A stretch of 64,000 nt of DNA from an uncultured virus (IMG/VR IMGVR_UViG_3300032288_004324) (taxonomy: Duplodnaviria > Heunggongvirae > Uroviricota > Caudoviricetes): IMG/VR virus record IMGVR_UViG_3300032288_004324; one strand, given 5' to 3'. Numbering within the stretch: position 1 is the stretch's first letter; every line of letters starts with the position of its first letter. Positions 28,403 to 37,834 of this stretch are shown one piece after another. The notes under the pieces were generated by a model. The model was given only the letters and a program-made list of their open reading frames with translations. It was not told the DNA's origin and ran no database searches. The position numbers and the translations under genes were made by a program.

Positions 28403-31400
28403 GTGGCAAGAAAGATAATTAAACAGAGTTCGTCATTTGGAGTTCTTAGAGCAAATCCAAGAATATCCGGAAATGTTAAGATCACAGTTGACTCTAAAAG
28501 TGATATATGGCTTAATTCCATAGATTCTAATCAGGAAATGTCTAACAGCTCTTATAAAGCTTTTAGAATATCTCCCGACACTACATATGATAAAGATCTA
28601 TATAGATTTTTTGATGAGGGAAGGACACCTCCACAGTTTGTTTTTGGTATGATTGGTGAGGGAGAGCCTATTCAGAATCAAATAAAAAATATAGAGAGTA
28701 GCTATAATTTTTTTTATAGCTCTGGAGTATCACCTTTAATATCTGATAGATACGAGGAAGACTTTTCTTATCTAGCTCCCTTTTGGTTAGGTGAAGATAT
28801 ACCAGATAATTTTGTAATATTTAAAGTCAATGATCCTATCGATTATTCTTATAAAATACCAGTAACATCATTAGATCCTGGTAAATCTTATAAGGTCTTA
28901 CAAGATACGTCAGTAAATACGCAGGATCCTTCATATGTTCCTTACCAAATATCTAGCGGATCACAAACATATACTGATGGTAATATATTTACAGCAACAT
29001 CATTTACATTTACAGTTTTACAAGGTCAGGGAAGTGTGATACTCCTAGATCCATCCTATAATATAAATTCTGTAGAAAATACTGCTGATCATTTCTACGA
29101 TAAAATATTACCTAAGTCTACGGTTGTAGCTACTTTTGATTTAACTGAAAATTCTAAAATAGGGAAATACTTAAGAAAAATAAAAACAACCCCTGGATAT
29201 ACTGATAGTCTTATAGACGTAAGATTTGAAGATAATCAGCTTACTACTTTTAACGGTGTAAATTATTCTGTTGGTATATTTGATAAGAAGGGGGATTTTT
29301 TATTGGACTATTATGAAGATCCACAAACACAAATAGGATTTGAGGATTTTATAACAAACGGGTTTAGAAATAATGGTATAATAAGCTATAAGCTTCTAAA
29401 TTTAGAGTTTTTGTTTAATGATGAGGACTCCGAAAATTATACAATAAATAGATATTTTGGTCTTTATGTTAATTCCCCAGAGCTATCTAGTTTTAAATTA
29501 GATGGAAATTCTTTATACAGGGATCAAGGAAATTCCGGTAATACCCCGGTTCCTGAAAAAAATAATAAAGGATATTATTATCAAGAAACACCGTATTTTC
29601 AATATAATGATAATGGTGTAAGATTATTTATAGAAGAGAATAAAATAAAGGGCGTAATACCTAATTCTGATGATGTAAATATAAATGAGAATACTAAGTT
29701 ATTTTGGATAAAAGATAAAAATAATAATTTCCATTCTCTTAAAAGAGACATTAATTATTCTAATACATCACCTAAACCTATTCATTCTACTTATGGTATA
29801 AGTGGATATGAGAATGAAATAGTTATACAAGATACCTCAATAGATCTATCATTACTTACTGGGAAAGATGATTCAACAAAGAAACAATATCCTGCGGTTA
29901 CAACCCGGGAAAAAGGAAGGGGATATTCTGTTATTAGAATAGGGAAAGAATTAAATAATACATCGGAGAACGCTTTTATATTTTATAATCCTTTAGGGTA
30001 TTACGGATTACCCGGATCTAAGTATGACGTAATAAAAGCATCGGATCTTTCTTCTTCTATAGATGAGTGGGGTCCTGGAAGTTTTTATGCTCAGGATAAT
30101 GTTTATTATTATCACCCATTCGGTACTAATGATGATATAGCCAAATCTCTTACCGGCATCTTTAATAACTTTAATTATAATTCTTTTGAGGCATTTCAAT
30201 CTGGAGATGAAGTTATTATAAGGACTAAAGCCTCAGGTATTCAAGAAAATGAAAAATATCATCTGGACTTTTTTCAAAACTTTACTTCTGTTCAAAGAAT
30301 GCCGGATTCTCAAAGAGGTACAGTTTTTATAAACGAGAAGGATGTATGTGATATAAACAGAAAACAATCTTTTATAGGTGGATCCAATTACTCAAATACC
30401 AGGGTAAAAGTAAAAATAGAGGATGCAAATAAAATAAAGATAGGATCTACATATATAGAGACTGTTAAAAATACTTCAACTGATACTTTTTCTGGTATCG
30501 CTGAGTATTCTAATAAGTCCTCGTCTGTTGTAATAGGAAAATATAGATTCATAGATCAATATTCTGAAGATAAAAACGGAGATGTTATAGGTCTAAAAGA
30601 TTTCGAAACTCATGCAACTATTGAGATAGGTAATTTTACCGAATCTATAGCATTTGGATCATCTGGTACTATATCTGCTTTTGAAACCTATGATATTCCT
30701 CTAGGGATATTTTCTTTCTATGGATTAAGGGAAATAGATATGGACTTTTGGTATAGCCAATATGGATATACTCCAACACAGGAATATTATAAACACTTAG
30801 ATACACAGCCAGATGGAATTACTAAAATAGTACCGGGTAAAACTTATTTTGTTTCCGCTGGAGCAACGGCATATTACAATTCACAGGCTATTTCAGGACC
30901 GGATTTCTTTATAGGAATTCCAGGGGAGGAGGAATATGAACTATTATTTTCTTCACCTACAGCTGAATCTAATGTTTTTCCTACCTTATCATCTAGAGGT
31001 AATGAAACAGGGGCTGGTCTTAACCCTAGCAATTTTGATTATTCCTTTTATCCAGATCTTGATGCTTTTCCAGGATTTTACGGGATTCAATCGCTCCAAT
31101 TTATAAACGATCTAATAGGATTAGATACTAAATATAAGCAATTAAATTTTGGTAAGCTTGAATCCGAATATGATTATACCCAAGATAACTATAATCCCGA
31201 ATATGCACTAAATAGTAGAGTTAGTCCTTATATTACTAAATGGGTTTATAGAGGAGGAACAGATGTTAGAGGGAATGGATATAGGCTGAATAATAATTTA
31301 GCATTTAATCCTCTTAACTTTTCTCCTAGTTTTTTTAGAAGAAATCAGGATGCCCAATATTTTACCCACGAATGGTATCATTTACAGAAACCCCCTTATT

Positions 31401-34018
31401 CATTACCGGAGGATCCTTTACATATAGATAAGAACTATTTATCAGGAGAGCTTGATGAATCTTTATTATTTGATTCTAATCCTTCTTTAAGAGACTATTT
31501 TATGGATTATTTTTCTGTAGAAGGTGAAGATTTATCGCAATATTATCCATTAAGCAGCACAATAGAAAATATAGATCTTACTGAGAGATATTCTCTATTT
31601 GATTTTAATTCAAGTAGTGGTTATTCTGAAACTTTATACAGGGGAGCAAAAATTAGGATAAAAAGAACCTTTACTGATTATGCACAACAAGAATCAATAA
31701 AATACATAGAGGATGATAGATTTTATGATGATTATAAATTCTCTTGTGTCATAGTTCCTATAAAAAATGTGATAGATGAAATACAGACTCCTGTAAAAAT
31801 AAAAGTCGTAGAAAATAGAACATTTAAGAACATAACTTTTATAATAAAGGTTTTAATAGACGATGCTAGAGTTCTTAATTTTGAAGATGTAAGTCCATCT
31901 AATCAATATTTGGATCTTGATTATTTCCTATTATATTCATTGAGAGATAAATTGAATAGCCAGTATTTTTCAGTTCCCTCTACCTCATATCTTCCTTTAG
32001 GCTCTATAGAGTTACCTATAATAGGAGATATAAAATTATCTTCTGGATTAAATATATCATCAAATCCTAATTCTCAAGGATTATTTTCATCTGTGAATCC
32101 AGGTACATTTGGTAATGAGGGAGAGGTTTATATTATACCTAATCCTGAATACGATACAGATCTGAGAGACGAGATAAACTTTACCTATTTACCAAGCGTA
32201 TCACCTAACGGAATTACTGGGCCTAACACAACTAGTCCTGGATCTTTCTATGGAATTGCTGGTCCATCTCCATACAACGGGTACGTTTTGCCCTTTCCTA
32301 CAGGTGTTGGAGAGAAGGTGGTTAACTTTACAGCAATAAATCCTGATTATCAATTTGATTTTACTGATATAGGAATACCTGGACCAGTTAATATACCAAC
32401 TATAGCAAATTATAGTACTATATCTAACATACCAATATATCAAAGAAATGGTGGTATAGGATATTGGGGAAACATATTAGAAAAAATTTCATTTGCTAAT
32501 ATTTCTTTATGGGTAAATACAGGATATCCTTATATAGAGTATATTACTTATGAGTGGGATTCATTAAATAAAACAAATAAGATATTAAAAAACCAGTTTG
32601 TTTTAGAATTTTTAAAACCTTCAGTGATAGAACAGGATACTGTATTATTTCCTGTTGAGATTACAGATAAACCGCAAGAGCTTACCGTATTTAATGTTGG
32701 TTATAATATTGATGAGTTATCTGGTGACACCGAAATGTATAGATATAGTGGTGAATATGTTCCAAGCTTTAGAGAGCTACTAAAATTCGAAAATGTAAAG
32801 CATGATGTTCCTTTTTGGACCACACCCGAATCATTTATATTCTATGTTAAAATTGTAGATAAAACTAAAGAAAGTTTTACTTATGATCTTGGATCAACAT
32901 CTTGTATAGAAATTAATAGTGTTTCTCAAGATGAAATAAATTTAGTGAAAGGTATAACTTATTATTTTGATGTTAGTGACCCTAGTAATTTAGGATATCA
33001 GCTATACTTTTCGGAATCTAATATAGGTAACAATATATCAGGGGATTCTATTAATCAAGGTTATACTCTAGTAGGAACTCCAGGAATCTCTGGGTCTTAT
33101 ATAATTATGGAAGTTCCTTACGATTTTCCTATCTCTGTATTTTATGTATGTGAAGGAGGAAAATATATGGGAAGAGAGATAAATGTTATCGATCCTATAG
33201 AATATTCATATTGTTCTTTTGGACCATATAGGGACAATTTTGGGGTTTCTAAAAATGTAAATTATTATAAGTACTCTCCTCAATGGATTTTTAGGATAGG
33301 CCAAAATTCTCCAAATAACCCGGTTTATAATTTAATAGGAGAAACCCCTGTAGATAAAAGAGATTTATCTATTTTTGAAAGTTCTTGGGATCCTGGATTT
33401 TATAGAGAATATACAGGACCTACTGGTTATAATAGCCTTCCAGGTACTAAGGTAATGAAAGAACAAAAAGCTTTCTTTGGAAGTAAATTTATGCAGACTC
33501 CTGATTCTATAAACTCGCAAAAACAATTAGTTCCTGTTCAATCTATAAAAGGTGTTCTTGATGTTAATTATAACAACTATCCTAATTATGAGATATTATG
33601 GGAGGACACACCTACAGAGCTAAGAGGGGTTTTATTAATAGATAGAATGTTAACTAGATATTTTCTAGAAAATGGAGGAAAACAAACTTTTGATAAATTT
33701 ATATTACCTGAATTTGGATTCGGAACCTCTACAGATTTAGATGATGATTTTAAAGAATATATGAATCAAAATATTATTCCCGTATTCCAGTCTAAAAATA
33801 ATGGAGGGTATATGAAAAAAATACCAATTTCTGCTTCTCAAACTCTTACACCAGTTGTAGGAGATCTTGCTGACTATCAGAAATTAATAAATGGATACTT
33901 CAGATCCTCTGAAATTAGATACACTAAGATTAATGAATTAAGATACGAATTTAGAGTTCCAAAGGACCCTTCTTTTAATTATTCTGTATGTTTCTCTATA
34001 GAGATAGGAAAAATTTAA
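28403..34018 (+). CDS. Large virion structural protein (1871 aa) with a cupredoxin-like insert
   Basis: GTG-start ORF; INLVKGITYYFDVSDPSN...VFYVCEGGKYMG (~32930-33175) resembles cupredoxin-like domains of T4-like virion proteins. Confidence 0.5.
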   Translation: MARKIIKQSSSFGVLRANPRISGNVKITVDSKSDIWLNSIDSNQEMSNSSYKAFRISPDTTYDKDLYRFFDEGRTPPQFVFGMIGEGEPIQNQIKNIESSYNFFYSSGVSPLISDRYEEDFSYLAPFWLGEDIPDNFVIFKVNDPIDYSYKIPVTSLDPGKSYKVLQDTSVNTQDPSYVPYQISSGSQTYTDGNIFTATSFTFTVLQGQGSVILLDPSYNINSVENTADHFYDKILPKSTVVATFDLTENSKIGKYLRKIKTTPGYTDSLIDVRFEDNQLTTFNGVNYSVGIFDKKGDFLLDYYEDPQTQIGFEDFITNGFRNNGIISYKLLNLEFLFNDEDSENYTINRYFGLYVNSPELSSFKLDGNSLYRDQGNSGNTPVPEKNNKGYYYQETPYFQYNDNGVRLFIEENKIKGVIPNSDDVNINENTKLFWIKDKNNNFHSLKRDINYSNTSPKPIHSTYGISGYENEIVIQDTSIDLSLLTGKDDSTKKQYPAVTTREKGRGYSVIRIGKELNNTSENAFIFYNPLGYYGLPGSKYDVIKASDLSSSIDEWGPGSFYAQDNVYYYHPFGTNDDIAKSLTGIFNNFNYNSFEAFQSGDEVIIRTKASGIQENEKYHLDFFQNFTSVQRMPDSQRGTVFINEKDVCDINRKQSFIGGSNYSNTRVKVKIEDANKIKIGSTYIETVKNTSTDTFSGIAEYSNKSSSVVIGKYRFIDQYSEDKNGDVIGLKDFETHATIEIGNFTESIAFGSSGTISAFETYDIPLGIFSFYGLREIDMDFWYSQYGYTPTQEYYKHLDTQPDGITKIVPGKTYFVSAGATAYYNSQAISGPDFFIGIPGEEEYELLFSSPTAESNVFPTLSSRGNETGAGLNPSNFDYSFYPDLDAFPGFYGIQSLQFINDLIGLDTKYKQLNFGKLESEYDYTQDNYNPEYALNSRVSPYITKWVYRGGTDVRGNGYRLNNNLAFNPLNFSPSFFRRNQDAQYFTHEWYHLQKPPYSLPEDPLHIDKNYLSGELDESLLFDSNPSLRDYFMDYFSVEGEDLSQYYPLSSTIENIDLTERYSLFDFNSSSGYSETLYRGAKIRIKRTFTDYAQQESIKYIEDDRFYDDYKFSCVIVPIKNVIDEIQTPVKIKVVENRTFKNITFIIKVLIDDARVLNFEDVSPSNQYLDLDYFLLYSLRDKLNSQYFSVPSTSYLPLGSIELPIIGDIKLSSGLNISSNPNSQGLFSSVNPGTFGNEGEVYIIPNPEYDTDLRDEINFTYLPSVSPNGITGPNTTSPGSFYGIAGPSPYNGYVLPFPTGVGEKVVNFTAINPDYQFDFTDIGIPGPVNIPTIANYSTISNIPIYQRNGGIGYWGNILEKISFANISLWVNTGYPYIEYITYEWDSLNKTNKILKNQFVLEFLKPSVIEQDTVLFPVEITDKPQELTVFNVGYNIDELSGDTEMYRYSGEYVPSFRELLKFENVKHDVPFWTTPESFIFYVKIVDKTKESFTYDLGSTSCIEINSVSQDEINLVKGITYYFDVSDPSNLGYQLYFSESNIGNNISGDSINQGYTLVGTPGISGSYIIMEVPYDFPISVFYVCEGGKYMGREINVIDPIEYSYCSFGPYRDNFGVSKNVNYYKYSPQWIFRIGQNSPNNPVYNLIGETPVDKRDLSIFESSWDPGFYREYTGPTGYNSLPGTKVMKEQKAFFGSKFMQTPDSINSQKQLVPVQSIKGVLDVNYNNYPNYEILWEDTPTELRGVLLIDRMLTRYFLENGGKQTFDKFILPEFGFGTSTDLDDDFKEYMNQNIIPVFQSKNNGGYMKKIPISASQTLTPVVGDLADYQKLINGYFRSSEIRYTKINELRYEFRVPKDPSFNYSVCFSIEIGKI

Positions 34019-34035
34019 TAGAGGGATGAATTTTT

Positions 34036-34043
34036 GATATATA
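34036..34043 (+). promoter_or_regulatory. Putative late promoter GATATATA
   Basis: Intergenic, 18 nt before ATG 34062. Confidence 0.6.
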
Positions 34044-34061
34044 ATACAACTATAATAAGAG

Positions 34062-36842
34062 ATGCCACAGATTAACATATTAAATATTTTACAAGGAGAT
34101 AATCAATCTACTATAGTTGATAAACTCAATTATAATTTTGATCAAATCCTAAGTGCAGGGGGAGGACCTCAAGGATCCCAAGGATTAATAGGACCAACAG
34201 GACCAATAGGACCTCAAGGGCCTCAAGGAGTACAAGGAGCTCAAGGTCCGTCAGGAACTAAATGGTTCGTACAGGAAGCACAACCAGCTTCCGGGGGAAT
34301 AACAGGATCTAATCCTTGGACATATCCAACTCTAGGAGACTATTGGTTAGATCCAGATTCTGCAAACCAGGACGTTTATGTTTTTACTGCTACTGGATGG
34401 GTTAATACCGGATATGGTTTAGCTGCTGGAGAGTTATTTCAAAAAGTAACACCTATAAATATTATTGGTAGTGCTACTGGACAAGCAGTACTATTTGCTG
34501 GTGCTACTTCATCGGATAAAACTCTAGTTCTATCAGATTCAAGTATAAGTGAATACACCCCAGGTGGAACTGCAATAGATAATTTAAATTTTGAGAATTC
34601 TAAATTAAAAATTGCAACAAAAGATGATAGAACAAAACTTATAAGTTTTGGAAGATCTAGTTACGATGTCACTCCTGGAGGATCAGGAGGATTAAATAGT
34701 AATTATAATCCTTATTTCTCTTGGGATTTATCCGTTAATCCTTCAGGAGGTTCTGGAGCAGGAATAGGATTTTATGGTATTAATTTTACAAATCCTAAAG
34801 GATCTATCGGAATTATTTCTAATGGAGCTACAGCAGAATCTGGTATTAATATGCAAAGTACTAGTGAGATCTCTGCACAATCTTCTTCAGATAATATAGT
34901 TCTTAAAACTTCTTCTATAAATAAGGGTACTTTTATAGATGCTAGTACTAATGGAGGATTTTTAGAATTATCTAATAATACATCCACACCATCTAATCAA
35001 TCATTAGCACCTCTTTTTGCAAATTCTACAGGAGTTGGTATAGGATTAGGAACGGGCCAATTTAAACAAACTGATAACGATTCTAGAAGACTTGCAGTTA
35101 GGGGAAATATGAGTATTGGTAAAACTCTTTCTACTCATACAACAGGGATTTTTATAGGAGGTCCTACTGCTAACAATTATAATAAAGGATCACTTTTTGT
35201 AGAGGGTAGAGCAGGATTTGGATATCCTAATCCTACAGGAGATGATCTGGGATTATTTTCGTATACCGGGCCTAATGAAAGTCTATCTTTTTTCCCTGCT
35301 TCTTGGATAACTGGATTAGATAATGGTCCTGTATTACAGATTAAAAATAGAGGATTTACTGGGGGTACCCTAGGAAAAGCACAAGGGAGAACTGTTATAG
35401 GAGAGGGTTTATTTAATTGGGCATTTGATAGTGGTACATTTGGTACTAGATATTCTGGGATTTTTTCTGATATAGCTCAAACAGTATACATTGATCCAGG
35501 TACGGGAGCATTTATTCCAACTACTTCTGCGATTAGTTATCAGCATAGAATGACTAGCTCTGGTGTAACTGGGTCTGATGAGACTGTATTTATTGTTAGT
35601 ACTTATTTTACAGGAGCTACATCATCATATTCAACAACAGGAATAGCAGGAAGAACTCTAATACAGACCAGAAACTCCAATAGATTATTAGAAATAATGT
35701 CTAACGGAACAGGAGGTCCTAATAGAGTTAATATGGGGTCAAATAGTTCTACGATGTTGAGTGTAGTTGGGCCATCTGGAGGTCCAACGGGAGGAGTTAT
35801 CATAGGAGCTTCAGCTTCAAGTTATTCAACCACTCAAGGAGCATTAACTGGATCTACTTTTGCTTTCGGGACAAACTTAACCGGAGGATCTTTTATAAGA
35901 AATTTTTCGAATCATAGTTTATATGTTACTGGATGTCAAACCATAGGATCTTCTGATCCTAGATCTTTATTTAATCAAGGAGCAACTAGTAGCGGTAAAG
36001 CAGTAGGCGGAAATTCTTTACTTAAGATTTCTAGAAATCTATACTCAAATACTCTTAGCATTCCTGGATTTAAAGGGTCTGCGCCAGTTGTTATAGCAAC
36101 AGGGGATTATCCCAATAATTACCCTAATGGATTAGAAATAACCTCTGTTATATCTTCCAAACCAAATGAAATATCTTCTACAAAAAATAGATCCGTTGCT
36201 ATAGCGGTAGGTGCTACCACTGTCCTATCTACAGCAGTTACAACAACTCCCTCTTCAGATCCTATAGGATTTTTTGTTAGCGATACAGGAAGGAATGTAG
36301 CTATAGGAACTGAAATAAATGATTCCCTAGCTTTATCTGTTTTAGGTCCTGTTGGTGTAACTGGGGAGGTTAATATAAGAGGAGATGTTAGTGTTACTGG
36401 AGGTGTATCTATAGTAGATCCTTTGAGCGTTACTGTTAGAAGCTCTGTTCTTTTCCCTCCTGGCGCACCTGCTGGCAAATATAATGGTTCAGCTGAAGTG
36501 TGGTTAACCCCAACGGGAAATCAAACAACTGCATATGACTTCGACGAGGAGCCTTTTGATAGATTTTTAACTATAACTATGGCTTCTAGTGGATCCGGTG
36601 CTGCTACTAGGGCAAGAATTGTAGTTTCAGTTGAAACCTCTCCTGGATCTAATACTTTTGGATTAATCTATAGGAATATGCAAGATGCTTTCAGTACTTT
36701 GCCTCCAATAATAATACCAGCTAACTGTAAATATCGTGTATCTTTTGATGGTATTTTATATGAATGGGATTCTACACCTCTGCCCCCTTATCAGTTTTAT
36801 GCAACAGTATCAATAGCTTACAGAAAAATAGGAAAAACATAA
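34062..36842 (+). CDS. Tail fibre protein with a short collagen-like segment
   Basis: GPQGSQGLIGPTGPIGPQGPQGVQGAQGPSGT near the N-terminus; Gly/Ser/Thr-rich body with GVGIG and NVAIGT fibre motifs. Confidence 0.7.
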   Translation: MPQINILNILQGDNQSTIVDKLNYNFDQILSAGGGPQGSQGLIGPTGPIGPQGPQGVQGAQGPSGTKWFVQEAQPASGGITGSNPWTYPTLGDYWLDPDSANQDVYVFTATGWVNTGYGLAAGELFQKVTPINIIGSATGQAVLFAGATSSDKTLVLSDSSISEYTPGGTAIDNLNFENSKLKIATKDDRTKLISFGRSSYDVTPGGSGGLNSNYNPYFSWDLSVNPSGGSGAGIGFYGINFTNPKGSIGIISNGATAESGINMQSTSEISAQSSSDNIVLKTSSINKGTFIDASTNGGFLELSNNTSTPSNQSLAPLFANSTGVGIGLGTGQFKQTDNDSRRLAVRGNMSIGKTLSTHTTGIFIGGPTANNYNKGSLFVEGRAGFGYPNPTGDDLGLFSYTGPNESLSFFPASWITGLDNGPVLQIKNRGFTGGTLGKAQGRTVIGEGLFNWAFDSGTFGTRYSGIFSDIAQTVYIDPGTGAFIPTTSAISYQHRMTSSGVTGSDETVFIVSTYFTGATSSYSTTGIAGRTLIQTRNSNRLLEIMSNGTGGPNRVNMGSNSSTMLSVVGPSGGPTGGVIIGASASSYSTTQGALTGSTFAFGTNLTGGSFIRNFSNHSLYVTGCQTIGSSDPRSLFNQGATSSGKAVGGNSLLKISRNLYSNTLSIPGFKGSAPVVIATGDYPNNYPNGLEITSVISSKPNEISSTKNRSVAIAVGATTVLSTAVTTTPSSDPIGFFVSDTGRNVAIGTEINDSLALSVLGPVGVTGEVNIRGDVSVTGGVSIVDPLSVTVRSSVLFPPGAPAGKYNGSAEVWLTPTGNQTTAYDFDEEPFDRFLTITMASSGSGAATRARIVVSVETSPGSNTFGLIYRNMQDAFSTLPPIIIPANCKYRVSFDGILYEWDSTPLPPYQFYATVSIAYRKIGKT

Positions 36843-37048
36843 TGGATAAAGATTGGTTCATACAAAGATACTCGAAAATACATTCAGATTTAAATAAATT
36901 GGAAAATGAAATTGATGAGCATTTAAAAAATAAAAAAGATCTTATTAATGAGGATAAAAAACTCGAGGATCTAAAGGGAAGAATTATAGAAACTATAGTT
37001 CTTTTAAATAAAACTAGAGAAGATGAAAGAAGAATCTTTAATTACTAA
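36842..37048 (+). CDS. Small coiled-coil hypothetical protein (68 aa)
   Basis: ATG overlaps the fibre stop codon (TAATG); MDKDWFIQRYSKIHSDLNKLENE... Confidence 0.55.
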   Translation: MDKDWFIQRYSKIHSDLNKLENEIDEHLKNKKDLINEDKKLEDLKGRIIETIVLLNKTREDERRIFNY

Positions 37049-37820
37049 AATTTTAAAAAGGAAAGACATTTTACTCCTAGCAGTAATAGCTATTCTTTGT
37101 TTATTGTTGTTTAGACAGTGCGATAGCAATTTAGATCTTAAGTCTCAGATTGAGATACAAAATATGAATTTGGATGCGTTAAAAGACACTGTACGACTTC
37201 AAAAAAATAAAGCTGGAGAAGATACCTACGTTAGAAAAACTCTTTTAGCTGATAAGAATAGTTTAGAAAAATTAAATAAGGATCTAAAGGATGAACTTGA
37301 TAAACAAAAAGGTAAGGTTATAGTAATTGAAAAAGTTGTAACAGAGACTAAAGTAGATACCCAATATGTTAATAATTATTTGAGTTCATATGGAAATAAT
37401 AAATTTAGTCTAGACTGGAAATATGATTCTACATTTTCTGTTAATAATTACAGAAAGTTTTCAGGAAAGAGCTTCTTTATTGTAGACACTTTAAATAATA
37501 AAGTTTTACCAGGAATAACTAGGATAGATCAAGACGAAATGGGATTCTCTTTTGTCACTGGACTTAGAGAAAAAGATAAATCGTTAGAGATCTTTGTAAC
37601 TCCTAAATATCCAGGAATGAAAGTTACTCAGATAGAGGGAGCTGTTATAGATCCCTATAAATCTGATGTTCTTAAAAAGATGTTTCCTAATAAGAAATTT
37701 TCTGTTGGACCCTACGTTGGAGTTGGTATAGGATCAGGATACGGATTAAATGGACAACCCGTTACTGGGGCATTCTTTAATATCGGTGTGGGTATTCAAT
37801 ATTCCATCATTAAATTTTAA
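37023..37820 (+). CDS. Membrane-anchored coiled-coil protein with a C-terminal amphipathic beta-hairpin (possible spanin-like)
   Basis: Basic N-region plus hydrophobic ILLLAVIAILCLLLF; coiled coil; ends FSVGPYVGVGIG...FNIGVGIQYSIIKF. Confidence 0.55.
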   Translation: MKEESLITKILKRKDILLLAVIAILCLLLFRQCDSNLDLKSQIEIQNMNLDALKDTVRLQKNKAGEDTYVRKTLLADKNSLEKLNKDLKDELDKQKGKVIVIEKVVTETKVDTQYVNNYLSSYGNNKFSLDWKYDSTFSVNNYRKFSGKSFFIVDTLNNKVLPGITRIDQDEMGFSFVTGLREKDKSLEIFVTPKYPGMKVTQIEGAVIDPYKSDVLKKMFPNKKFSVGPYVGVGIGSGYGLNGQPVTGAFFNIGVGIQYSIIKF

Positions 37821-37822
37821 TT

Positions 37823-37830
37823 GATATATA
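37823..37830 (+). promoter_or_regulatory. Putative late promoter GATATATA (near-leaderless)
   Basis: Only 4 nt before ATG 37835. Confidence 0.55.
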
Positions 37831-37834
37831 ATTC

